The notes: a model not told the origin generated them from the letters alone. A DNA stretch of 64,000 nucleotides from Patescibacteria group bacterium (GCA_034002925.1 JAVEZP010000001.1:711-64710), one strand, 5' to 3'. Positions 49,763 to 58,975 are shown, counted from the first letter of the stretch. A program made the numbers and translations.

Positions 49763-50056
49763 TTATTGGATCATATTAGCACTTAATATAGATAATATTT
49801 TTTGATAAGCCTCTCTTACAAGTGGTGGTAAATAAATTAAACCAATTGTTAGTGGAATAATAATTATTATTAACTTTAACCAAGCAAAAATCTTTTGCCA
49901 AGCAACGTAAGTATTAATATGATTCACCATGGTCTTAATTTCTTTCATGTCCTGAGCGTTATTCTCCAATAAGGTTTTTAACTCTGCCACGTCAGTTGCA
50001 ATGTCTTGTGAAACCATAGATTCGTCATCTATGTCTGAAGATTTTTCGTTACTCAT
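49763..50056 (-). CDS. Small tail-anchored hypothetical protein
   Basis: Acidic N-terminus, a helical middle, and a C-terminal TM (WLKLIIIIIPLTIGLIYL). Confidence 0.4.
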   Translation of the reverse strand: MSNEKSSDIDDESMVSQDIATDVAELKTLLENNAQDMKEIKTMVNHINTYVAWQKIFAWLKLIIIIIPLTIGLIYLPPLVREAYQKILSILSANMIQ

Positions 50057-50066
50057 ATAATTTTAA

Positions 50067-50804
50067 TTAAATTCTAGCCTGACAACGCTCTACATAAGAG
50101 CTGCCTAGAGCAGCTAGATCTTTTAATTCTTGGTCTTTAAATGTTTCTAAATTCTGAAATTCTGGATTAACTAATTCTGCATCTGGTTTAAACTTCTGTA
50201 AATACCATAAACGCGCGCCCTTAATCCATTCTCCCATTTTTTTAATATCTTCTTGATTATGTAAAGTTGGCACTAAAGTACTTCTAAATTCATAAGCAAC
50301 TGGACTAGACATTATCATTTTAACACTTTTTTGTAAATTCTCTAAATTTACTTTTGCCCCCACCACTTCTTCATAACGATCAAGAGGGGCTTTAATATCC
50401 ATAGCAATATAATCAATTAATTTATCTTCAATTAATTTAGCTAACATTACTGGATTTGTCCCATTAGTATCTAGTTTAACTACATAATCCATCGCTTTTA
50501 TTTTAGCAATAAATTCAGGTAAATCCGGATGCAAGGTTGGCTCTCCGCCGCTAATTACCACGCCATCTATTTTACCCTTTCTCTCTTGAAGAAATAAAAA
50601 AAGATCCTCCTCTTTGACTAAAGGATGACCTTTTTTATTATTTTCTCCCGTCGGCGACGTTGTTTCAATACGAGGCCAGACAAGCATGGGATTATAGCAA
50701 TAATGACAACGAAAATTACAACCTTGAGTAAAGACAATTGTTGCCAAATTGTCAGGAAAATCTAAAAGAGTTAATTTTTCTAAACCACCAATAATCATAT
50801 ACAA
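50067..50804 (-). CDS. nrdG: Anaerobic ribonucleotide reductase activating protein (radical SAM)
   Basis: GCNFRCHYCYNP; GVVISGGEPT. Confidence 0.88.
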   Translation of the reverse strand: MYMIIGGLEKLTLLDFPDNLATIVFTQGCNFRCHYCYNPMLVWPRIETTSPTGENNKKGHPLVKEEDLFLFLQERKGKIDGVVISGGEPTLHPDLPEFIAKIKAMDYVVKLDTNGTNPVMLAKLIEDKLIDYIAMDIKAPLDRYEEVVGAKVNLENLQKSVKMIMSSPVAYEFRSTLVPTLHNQEDIKKMGEWIKGARLWYLQKFKPDAELVNPEFQNLETFKDQELKDLAALGSSYVERCQARI

Positions 50805-50863
50805 GGATAAGCGCCGCCGGGAATGGGGCAGCGGCTCTTCCCTGCGACCCTTAAATTAATTTA

Positions 50864-51031
50864 TTAATCAGAACACTCCACTTTAAAAGTCTTACGATCT
50901 TTATATTCTGAGGATTTGCCTGGGTTATAATTTTTAACCGGAGTATACCAACCGACTACTCGGCTATAGATAATACACTCTTGGCGTTGAGTTGAAATAG
51001 GGCTCATATGTTTATCTCTTTCTCCAGACAT
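50864..51031 (-). CDS. Stand-alone NrdD C-terminal glycyl-radical domain (55 aa)
   Basis: Not in the ORF track. My translation: MSGERDKHMSPISTQRQECIIYSRVVGWYTPVKNYNPGKSSEYKDRKTFKVECSD. YSRVVGWY...N.GK..EY.DRK matches the conserved class III RNR C-terminus (R-V-x-G-Y glycyl-radical motif). Confidence 0.7.
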   Translation of the reverse strand: MSGERDKHMSPISTQRQECIIYSRVVGWYTPVKNYNPGKSSEYKDRKTFKVECSD

Positions 51032-51086
51032 AGATTTGTTAATCTAATATCTTTTTGAAAATAAATTAAAATAAATAAATAAATAA

Positions 51087-53138
51087 TTAATTAGTAGAAC
51101 AACGTTCTGCTTGCATGGTCGCACTATTATAACCCATCTCCTCATCACACTTCGGACAATATTTATGCTCACCAGCCAAATAACCATGTTTAGGACAAAT
51201 CGAAAAAGTAGGAGTAATAGTAAAATACGGTAAGCGATAGTTTTCAATAATACGTCTAGCTAGTTTTTTTGCAGCATTACCATCAGTTAATCTTTCACCT
51301 AAATAACCATGCAAAACGGTGCCTCCGGTATATTTAATTTGCAATTCATCTTGTAAATCTAAAGCCGCAAAAATATCTTCCGAAAAACTTACATGTAAAT
51401 GAGTAGAATTAGTATAATAAGGAGGAATGCCATTTTTAGCATCTTCAGTGTTAGCAAAAATCATCTCAGGATAAGTCTCTAAATCTTTTTTAGCAAAACG
51501 ATACGTACAACCTTCACCTGGTGTCGCTTCTAAATTATAAAGATTATTAGTTTCATTTTGATAATCCATTAACTTTTCCCTCATCGCATCCATCACCTCT
51601 AAAGCAAAAGCATGTCCCTCGGGACTAGTTAAATCTTTCCCTAAAAAGTTTAATAAAGATTCATTCATGCCATTAATACCAATGGTATTAAAGTGGTTTT
51701 GCCAATAAGTACCAAAGCGCGCCTTAATATCTGCTAAATAATGTTTAGAATAAGGATACAGACCGCCTTCAGAGAACTTTTCAATTACTTTGCGTTTAAT
51801 TTCTAAACTTTCTTTAGCTAAATCCATTAATTGATAGAGACGCTCAAAATACTCTTCTTTATTCTTTGATAGATAACCAATTCTTGGTAAATTAATTGTC
51901 ACCACACCTAGACTGCCAGTTAAAGGATTGGCGCCGAATAAGCCCCCTCCGCGTTTTCTTAATTCGCGATTATCTAAACGTAAACGACAACACATAGAAC
52001 GCGCATCATCTCTGTCCATATCAGAGTTAACAAAATTAGAAAAATAAGGAATACCATATTTAGCAGTCATTTCCCACATTGGTTTTAAAGATTCTCTGTC
52101 CCAATCAAATTGCTTATCAATGGTGTAAGTGGGAATAGGAAAGCCAAACATTCTACCAGTAGCATCGCCTTCTAGCATCACTTCCGCAAAAGCTTGATTA
52201 AACATATCCATCTCTTCTTGAAAATCTTTATACTGTTCAGGCATTATTTCGCCACCAATAATAACATTTTCTTCTCCCACTAATTTAGAAGGCGTCACAT
52301 CTAAAGTAATGTTAGTAAAAGGGGTTTGAAAACCGACTCTAGTTGGAACATTTAGATTAAACATGAATTCTTGCAAACCCTGTTTTACTTCTTTATAGCT
52401 TAATTTATCATAACGAATAAAAGGAGCTAAATAAGTATCAAAATTAGCAAAAGCTTGAGCACCAGCTGCCTCCCCTTGCATAGTGTAAAAGAAATTAACA
52501 ATTTGGCCTAAAGCACTACGAAAATGCTTAGGAGCTTTACTCTGAATCTTTTCCGAAACGCCACCAAAACCTTTAATTAATAAATCTTTTAAATCCCAAC
52601 CACAACAATAAGGAGCTAATAAACCTAAATCATGAATATGAATATCGCCTTTAATATGAGCATCACGAATAGATTCTGGATATAATTTATTTAACCAATA
52701 TCGAGCGGAAATAGCCGAAGCAATATAATTATTCAAACCCTGAACAGAAAAGCTCATGTTACTATTTTCATTCAAACGCCAATCGGCTCTGCCTAAATAA
52801 TCTTCCATTAATTTTTCATCAGAAGTAGCTTTATTTAATTCGCGCAATTGTCTTCTTTGATCACGATACAAAATGTAATTTTTAGCAGTTTTAATTTGTT
52901 TGTTTTCAATTAACACTTCTTCTACCACATCTTGCACTTCCTCTACTGCCGGAATGCTGTTTTTATGAAATTTAGCATTGATTTTTAAGACCACCTCATC
53001 GCTCAATTTTTGAGCCAAAGATTCATCATCAATATCAACTGACAAAGCCGCCTTATAAATAGCGTTTTTAATTTTTTCTTGACTAAAATCAAGGATGTCT
53101 CCGGATCTCTTCCGGATTTTGGTGATTTTCTCTGACAT
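51087..53138 (-). CDS. nrdD: Anaerobic ribonucleoside-triphosphate reductase, large piece lacking the glycyl-radical tail
   Basis: N-terminal ATP-cone (ITKIRKRSGDILDFSQEKI), active-site loop ARSMCCRLRLD, C-terminal Zn-ribbon CPKHG...YCPKCDEE, then a stop. Start moved to MSEKITK (53138). Confidence 0.9.
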   Translation of the reverse strand: MSEKITKIRKRSGDILDFSQEKIKNAIYKAALSVDIDDESLAQKLSDEVVLKINAKFHKNSIPAVEEVQDVVEEVLIENKQIKTAKNYILYRDQRRQLRELNKATSDEKLMEDYLGRADWRLNENSNMSFSVQGLNNYIASAISARYWLNKLYPESIRDAHIKGDIHIHDLGLLAPYCCGWDLKDLLIKGFGGVSEKIQSKAPKHFRSALGQIVNFFYTMQGEAAGAQAFANFDTYLAPFIRYDKLSYKEVKQGLQEFMFNLNVPTRVGFQTPFTNITLDVTPSKLVGEENVIIGGEIMPEQYKDFQEEMDMFNQAFAEVMLEGDATGRMFGFPIPTYTIDKQFDWDRESLKPMWEMTAKYGIPYFSNFVNSDMDRDDARSMCCRLRLDNRELRKRGGGLFGANPLTGSLGVVTINLPRIGYLSKNKEEYFERLYQLMDLAKESLEIKRKVIEKFSEGGLYPYSKHYLADIKARFGTYWQNHFNTIGINGMNESLLNFLGKDLTSPEGHAFALEVMDAMREKLMDYQNETNNLYNLEATPGEGCTYRFAKKDLETYPEMIFANTEDAKNGIPPYYTNSTHLHVSFSEDIFAALDLQDELQIKYTGGTVLHGYLGERLTDGNAAKKLARRIIENYRLPYFTITPTFSICPKHGYLAGEHKYCPKCDEEMGYNSATMQAERCSTN

Positions 53139-53219
53139 GTTTTTAATTACGATCGCGAAATTCAAGATCTAAAAGCTCCTCCGTCTTTTAGCTCTTAAAC
53201 TGCGCCATCGTTTTTTATG

Positions 53220-53690
53220 TTAATTTATTTTTGTCTTTTTCACCTTAATCAGCTTATTCAACTCTCGACGAAACTCATTAGCATCTTTGAATGATTCATA
53301 AACTGAAGCATAACGGATATAAGCAACTGGATCAGTTTTCTTTAAATGCTTCATTACTATCTGACCAACTTGTAAAGAGGTAACTTCTGTTTGTCTCAAC
53401 TTTTGCAAATCTCGCTCAATACCATGAATGATTTGCTTAAACTTATCTTCTGTAACAGGTCTTTTCTCTAAAGATTTACGCAAACCGCTCATTAATTTTT
53501 CTCGATTATATGATTCACGACGACCGTCACGCTTTACAATCATTAAATCTAAGATTTCTATCTCTTCATAAGTAGAAAAACGGAAAGAACACTTTAAACA
53601 TTCACGTCTGCGTCTAATAGAAAGGCCATCAGGAGCAACTCGAGAATCAACTACTTTGGTATCATTATAGTAGCAAACTGGACATTTCAT
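53220..53690 (-). CDS. nrdR: Transcriptional repressor NrdR
   Basis: MKCPVCYYNDTKVVDSR...CLKC zinc ribbon plus an ATP-cone. Confidence 0.93.
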   Translation of the reverse strand: MKCPVCYYNDTKVVDSRVAPDGLSIRRRRECLKCSFRFSTYEEIEILDLMIVKRDGRRESYNREKLMSGLRKSLEKRPVTEDKFKQIIHGIERDLQKLRQTEVTSLQVGQIVMKHLKKTDPVAYIRYASVYESFKDANEFRRELNKLIKVKKTKIN

Positions 53691-53707
53691 AAAAAAAGTC
53701 TTAACAG

Positions 53708-53751
53708 CACATTTTGTGGAGCTTTTATATCTCTATCCACTAAATGTTGTG
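53708..53751. promoter_or_regulatory. Tandem NrdR boxes upstream of nrdR-nrdD-nrdG
   Basis: CACATTTTGTG (53708-53718) and CACTAAATGTTGTG (53738-53751). Both have CAC...GTG palindromic arms. Centres are about 31-32 bp apart (three helical turns), as known for NrdR operators. Confidence 0.65.
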
Positions 53752-53998
53752 CTTAGCTCTATTATAGCAAAATAAAAAAGAGGGGTCAAAATCAGCCAAT
53801 ATTCATACAAAATTTAAACAATTACCGTCTTTTTTAAATTAGCTGTGGATAAGTATTTAAAAAATGAGACCAACATTGATCCCATTTATATAAAAATTGA
53901 TATAAGAGTAATGAATAGGGGTATAAATTCAGATTTATACTTTTTTTATCATTTTTATGAACTTCGTAAATATCTTGAATCACAACAAAGTGTTGCGC

Positions 53999-54193
53999 TT
54001 ACTTATTGAACTTAGGATTTTCAAGATTTCTCATGTCCCAGCCCAAAAATTCAAATAAAGGTTCAATAAATTCATTTCTAGTCTGAGCTTCATTGTATGA
54101 TTTTACCGTTCTGGTCTCAACAAGATTTTGATATTTTTCAACTAATTTTGCTATTTGTTTTTTAGCTTCTGTCTTATTAATCATATATTCCAA
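53999..54193 (-). pseudogene. N-terminal remnant of a type I/IIG restriction-modification-type enzyme
   Basis: SYNEAQTRNEFIEPLFEFLGWD is the characteristic N-terminal motif of these enzymes. The ORF stops after 64 aa. About 300 bp of non-coding sequence follows, with only a weak in-frame continuation. Confidence 0.55.
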
Positions 54194-55389
54194 GGATAAA
54201 TATAACCAAGATTATTTTCATAACCCTCTAACCCAACGACAAAATATTTATCTAATTGATAGTTTTCAATAAAATAATTAAGAGCTACTAATTTTGTACG
54301 ATGAAAATTCATCTTCACTTCTACCGGAAGAATCTTATTTTTATCTTTCACAATAAAATCAATTTCTTTTTTATCTTTAGTGCGCCAATAATAAATATTA
54401 TCTTGACCATATTTTTTCACTAATTCTGAGAATATACTAGTTTCAAAAACATTGCCAATAATTTCTTTTTGCAAACTTTTCAACCATAACATTTGCATTA
54501 AACCCGAATCATAAAAAAATATTTTTGGAGTTTTTGACAGCTCACTTCTTATATTATTATTATATGGTCGCACCAATTTAATAACATAAGTTTGTTCAAG
54601 AATAAATAAATATTTTTCAACTGTTGGTATAGACAATTTACAAGTATTAGCTAACTCTTTAAAATTAACTAACTGACCACTTTGAGCAGCTAATATCTCT
54701 AGTAATTTATTCAAGCTATCTACATTATCAATATTAGCTAACTCTTTTATGTCTTTTCTTAAATAAGTGTCAATAATTTGCTGTAGTCTTTTTTCTTTTA
54801 GTTCCACTTCATCTGTTAATGCTACTTTGGGATAAGCACCAAATAACACAAATTCTTTAAATAAAGATTTTAATTCCTCAATTTTCTTGCTTGTAGTTTT
54901 TAACTCTGGATTAAAATAAATACCTCGAAATAATAAATATTCTTCAAATGAAAGATTAGTTATCTCAAAATTTATAGTTCTTCCCACTAATGAATCCTTG
55001 AACTTACTTTTGATTGCAAAACTAGAAGAACCCGAAACAATTAATTTAATATTTTTATGATGATCAGCCATCAATTTTAAAAATTCAGAAGGATTATCTA
55101 AATATTGAATCTCATCAATAAAAACAAAAGTCTTTTTGTCATTATCAGGAGCATGTCCTTCTTCTCGCAAATGACCAATAAACTCATCTACACCTGTATC
55201 TAAAATACGCTTATATCTAGAATCTTCTAAATCAATATAATAAACGTCTTTTTTTTGATCTTCTAAATATTCTTGCAACCACAACAAAATATGTGTTTTG
55301 CCGACTTGTCTAGCACCATGTAACACAATGATTTCTTCTAAATCAATAAATTTAAGAATATCTTCAGTTATTTTTCTTTTATATATCAT
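54181..55389 (-). CDS. AAA-type ATPase with a DUF4143-like C-terminal domain
   Basis: Walker A GARQVGKTH, Walker B FVFIDEIQ. C-terminal part YYWRTKDKKEIDFIV...PVEVK is restriction-endonuclease-like, typical of the AAA_14 + DUF4143 architecture. Confidence 0.75.
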   Translation of the reverse strand: MIYKRKITEDILKFIDLEEIIVLHGARQVGKTHILLWLQEYLEDQKKDVYYIDLEDSRYKRILDTGVDEFIGHLREEGHAPDNDKKTFVFIDEIQYLDNPSEFLKLMADHHKNIKLIVSGSSSFAIKSKFKDSLVGRTINFEITNLSFEEYLLFRGIYFNPELKTTSKKIEELKSLFKEFVLFGAYPKVALTDEVELKEKRLQQIIDTYLRKDIKELANIDNVDSLNKLLEILAAQSGQLVNFKELANTCKLSIPTVEKYLFILEQTYVIKLVRPYNNNIRSELSKTPKIFFYDSGLMQMLWLKSLQKEIIGNVFETSIFSELVKKYGQDNIYYWRTKDKKEIDFIVKDKNKILPVEVKMNFHRTKLVALNYFIENYQLDKYFVVGLEGYENNLGYIYPWNI

Positions 55390-55456
55390 ATTTTTAAATG
55401 ATACTATTATTATATATCAAACCAAAAACAAAGTCAAGTTTGTTTAAAATCAAACC

Positions 55457-55488
55457 AAAAACAAAATCTGACTTTTATTTTAGTCAGA
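55457..55488 (-). terminator. Intrinsic terminator after ftsZ
   Basis: Minus strand reads TCTGAC-taaaataaaa-GTCAGA-TTTTGTTTTT. Confidence 0.65.
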
Positions 55489-55567
55489 CTTTATTTCTAT
55501 CTTTATTAAATTTTTATTTAATATTAAATCAATTTTTTCTATATATTAAAAATTTCGAGCTTAAAAA

Positions 55568-56773
55568 CTATCCTCCCATTTTTTTCCGAATAAAGGCGGG
55601 AACGCTTAAATCATCTTCTTCGTCTAAGTTTAAATCTTGATCTAAGCTTTTCTCATTCTTTTTATCCACTAAAGGTTTAAGGGGGATGTTCTTAATAGCA
55701 GGAGTTTTTGATTTTTTATCACCCCAAGGAGAAATATTTGACTCTTCTTTTTCTTTCTCACTTTCAATAAATGGGTTAGGCGTGTAACTTTTAATCTCAG
55801 TTTTAGTATTATTTTTACTCTTACCATCAAAACCAGTAGCCACAACTGTAATCTTAATCTGATCTTTCATCTTTTCATCAATAACGGCACCAAAAATAAT
55901 CTTCGCATCCTCATCAGCAGCCGAGGTAATAACTTTAGCCGCATCACTAACTTCATTCATGCTTAAATCAGGGCCACCAGTAATGGTAAAGACTATGCCA
56001 CGAGCACCATCAATAGACATGTCCAGTAAGTTTGAATTAATAGCAGCTTTGGCCGCCTCAATCGCTTTATTCTCACCATTAGCTTGGCCAATACCCATTA
56101 AAGCTGAACCAGCGTTAGCCATGACCGCTTTAACGTCAGCAAAGTCAGCATTAATAACGCCAGGCACGGTAATAATTTCCGCAATGCCCTGCACACCTTG
56201 ACGCAATACATCATCAGCAATTTGAAAGGCCTCTAACAAAGAAGTTCGCTTATCAATTACTTGCAATAATTTATCATTAGAAATAGTAATAATTGTATCT
56301 ACTTTATCGGCTAAATCAGCAAAAGCACGATCAGCAATATTTTTTCTTTGTCCACCTTCAAAAACAAAAGGCTTAGTTACTACCGCAACAGTAAGAGCCC
56401 CTAAATCACGAGCAATTTGTGCTACTATTGGTGAAGCACCGGATCCAGTTCCTCCACCTAAACCGCAAGTAACAAACACCATATCACAGCCTTTTAAAGC
56501 TTCTCTAATTTCATTTTGAGATTCTTCAGCCGCACCTTTGCCTAAATCAGGGTTCATACCTGCCCCCAAACCTCTGGTTACGCTTTTACCAATATGAATT
56601 TTTTCACTTGCTTTATTAAAATGAAGCGCCTGAATATCAGTATTAATCGCCACAAACTCAACTCCTCTAATGCCATTTTCAATCATGCGATTAATAGCAC
56701 TGCCACCGCCGCCACCGACGCCGACCACTTTAATTTTTGCAAAAGTTTCTATTTCTGGTTTTACCTCTGCCAT
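55568..56773 (-). CDS. ftsZ: Cell division GTPase FtsZ
   Basis: GLGGGTGSGASPIVAQIA tubulin signature; full-length with a C-terminal linker and DDLSVPAFIRKK tail. Confidence 0.97.
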   Translation of the reverse strand: MAEVKPEIETFAKIKVVGVGGGGGSAINRMIENGIRGVEFVAINTDIQALHFNKASEKIHIGKSVTRGLGAGMNPDLGKGAAEESQNEIREALKGCDMVFVTCGLGGGTGSGASPIVAQIARDLGALTVAVVTKPFVFEGGQRKNIADRAFADLADKVDTIITISNDKLLQVIDKRTSLLEAFQIADDVLRQGVQGIAEIITVPGVINADFADVKAVMANAGSALMGIGQANGENKAIEAAKAAINSNLLDMSIDGARGIVFTITGGPDLSMNEVSDAAKVITSAADEDAKIIFGAVIDEKMKDQIKITVVATGFDGKSKNNTKTEIKSYTPNPFIESEKEKEESNISPWGDKKSKTPAIKNIPLKPLVDKKNEKSLDQDLNLDEEDDLSVPAFIRKKMGG

Positions 56774-56821
56774 ATTACAAATTAAGAATTACTTTCAATT
56801 AAAAAGTAAATACTTAGTTAA

Positions 56822-58078
56822 TTATCTTGGTATTATTTTTTGAAAAATATTTTTAGCTTTGCTAAAAATATCCCCAACACTTTTATTAAAACTGCCACCA
56901 GTGGTCGTTGTCTCTTCATTAGCCCCCCAAATTACTAAACCTAAGGCAGGTAGGAACTCTGGAGATTTTACCTTATCAATAACTACATTGACATTCTTCG
57001 ACTGGCCCAAAGCAGCTGGTAGGCGTAATTTGCTTTTAGCCACATCAATTAAACCATCTAATTGAGCACCAGAACCAGTAAAAATAGCTCCAGCTGGTAA
57101 CATACCTGATCGATCAATTTTCACTAGTTCTTTATCAATTTTTTCAAATATTTCTTCCACTCTAGCTTCAATAATTTCAGCAATATATTTTCTAGAAATC
57201 AAGCTAATATCATCATTAACATCCTCTTCTTTAACTAAATGACTAATATCTATCTCTTCATCTTTTTCAAACAAACTAGCATTAGCATGACCATACTCTA
57301 ACTTAATTCTTTCCGCTAAATTAATTGGACAACGTAAGCCTAAAGCAATATCGTTAGTAATATATTCCGAGCCGATAGGTAAAACAGCTGCATGTAATAA
57401 ATTACGCTCTTCATAAACAGCTAACGAGGTAGTAGAAGATCCAATATTAATTAAAGCGACCCCTAATTCTTTCTGTTTAGGACTTAATACAGCTTCAGCG
57501 GCTGCCAAAGGCGCAATAACTAAATCTTCAATCTCTAAGCCAGTTCTAAAAATAGCTTTAGTAAGATTCTTAGTCTGAGTACTCAAGCCTTGAATAATTA
57601 AAGCTTCTACCTCTAGACGAATACCACTCATGCCAATTGGATCTTTAATATCATTTTGATTATCCACGCTGAAACGAATTGGCATCACATGTAAAATTTC
57701 ATAATTAACTGGCACCGCTAAAGCCCGGGCCGCTTCAATAGCACGAGCCACATCATTTTCATTAATCTCGCCATCGCTCTTACTAACTGCCACTACTCCT
57801 TTACTTCTTTCACATTTAATATGAGGATCATTAATGCCCACCCAAACATTGGAAATTGGCACACCAATAATTCTTTCTGCTTTTTCTAAACAAGCGGAAA
57901 TAGAAGAAGTGGTCTCTTCAATACTATTAACCACCCCCTTGCTTACCCCAGCAGTGGGGGAGGAAACAGCTCCGATAATCTGCAATTCTTCTCCCGAGGG
58001 ACCAGATATCTTTTGACCGATAACTAGTCGAACTGCAGTTGAGCCAATATCTAGGCCAGCAATTATATCTTCTTTCAT
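56822..58078 (-). CDS. ftsA: Cell division protein FtsA
   Basis: Actin-like LDIGST, INIGSSTTS. Start moved to MKEDIIAGLD (58078). Confidence 0.92.
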   Translation of the reverse strand: MKEDIIAGLDIGSTAVRLVIGQKISGPSGEELQIIGAVSSPTAGVSKGVVNSIEETTSSISACLEKAERIIGVPISNVWVGINDPHIKCERSKGVVAVSKSDGEINENDVARAIEAARALAVPVNYEILHVMPIRFSVDNQNDIKDPIGMSGIRLEVEALIIQGLSTQTKNLTKAIFRTGLEIEDLVIAPLAAAEAVLSPKQKELGVALINIGSSTTSLAVYEERNLLHAAVLPIGSEYITNDIALGLRCPINLAERIKLEYGHANASLFEKDEEIDISHLVKEEDVNDDISLISRKYIAEIIEARVEEIFEKIDKELVKIDRSGMLPAGAIFTGSGAQLDGLIDVAKSKLRLPAALGQSKNVNVVIDKVKSPEFLPALGLVIWGANEETTTTGGSFNKSVGDIFSKAKNIFQKIIPR

Positions 58079-58171
58079 AAAAATAATTAAAATAGCTATG
58101 AAGCTTGATTTCAAGCTCTATAAAATTAGCTACGCTATTTCTATTATAGTAAATTTTTCAAATATTAACAA

Positions 58172-58975
58172 CTAAAAATACCAAGCAACTAAAACAGCGA
58201 TGTTTTTTTCAAAAATTAAAGCAATTAAAGTGCCTATAGCTAGAAAAACTCCTAATGGTAATTTAGAGCCCCAAGATTTATTTTTAAATAATATTAACAA
58301 TATACCCACCAAGCTACCAATAATATAAGCGCTAAAAATAGCAGAAATAAGACTTAAATAAGAGCTAAAAATTGCCCCCAATAAAAGTCCCAACCAAATA
58401 TCACCCTCTCCTAAACCTTTGCCTTTAGTCAATAAATACTGCAACAGAAAGAATAAGGCCGAAAAAGCCATGCCCACTAACATAAGACTCACTGATGCTC
58501 CTAGAAAGATATTTAGCAATAGAAAAAATAAAGTCATGGGCCACACAAAAAGAGTCGAAACTAACAAAAAGCGCCAATCAAATACCAAAACCACTAACAT
58601 AGTCCAAGCAGCTAAAGATAGTTTTGTCACTTCCAACCAGAAAAAACTATCCAACATTAGTGTTATAGTGTGTTCATCCAAGCTCCAAACAAAATCTATT
58701 TGCCTCCACCAAAAAAATAAAAACAATAGAGCGCTAATTAACTCAATTATAGGATATTGCCACGAAATATGACGCCTACAAGCACGGCAACGACCTCGTA
58801 AGAACAAGAAACTTAGCAAAGGAATATTCTCATACCAGCTTAATTGATGTCCGCACTGAGGACAATAGGATCGACCCACAATACTCTCTTCTTTATATAA
58901 GCGCCAAATTAAACAATTAGCAAAACTACCAAAAGAAAGGCCTATTAAAAAAATAATGATGGCAAAAATTATCAT
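58172..58975 (-). CDS. pilD: Type IV prepilin peptidase (A24 family)
   Basis: Zn-binding CPQCGH...GRCRACRRHISWQYPIIE; aspartyl motif GLGEGDIWLG. Confidence 0.88.
   Translation of the reverse strand: MIIFAIIIFLIGLSFGSFANCLIWRLYKEESIVGRSYCPQCGHQLSWYENIPLLSFLFLRGRCRACRRHISWQYPIIELISALLFLFFWWRQIDFVWSLDEHTITLMLDSFFWLEVTKLSLAAWTMLVVLVFDWRFLLVSTLFVWPMTLFFLLLNIFLGASVSLMLVGMAFSALFFLLQYLLTKGKGLGEGDIWLGLLLGAIFSSYLSLISAIFSAYIIGSLVGILLILFKNKSWGSKLPLGVFLAIGTLIALIFEKNIAVLVAWYF

Noticed and set aside
51044-51247. Track ORF 51044-51247 (-)
   Set aside because: It is out of frame and overlaps the conserved C-terminal Zn-ribbon region of nrdD. The real small ORF of interest is 50864-51031.
53166-53219. Hairpin CTAAAAG-acggaggag-CTTTTAG between nrdR and nrdD as a riboswitch or terminator
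   Set aside because: The stem is short at 7 bp, there is no T-run, and I recognise no conserved motif. It is probably just an intercistronic structure.
55398-55640. Track ORF 55398-55640 (+), MILLLYIKPKTKSSLFKIKPKTKS...
   Set aside because: It is produced by the 17-bp direct repeat and the ftsZ terminator, and it is antisense to the ftsZ 3' end. Not coding.
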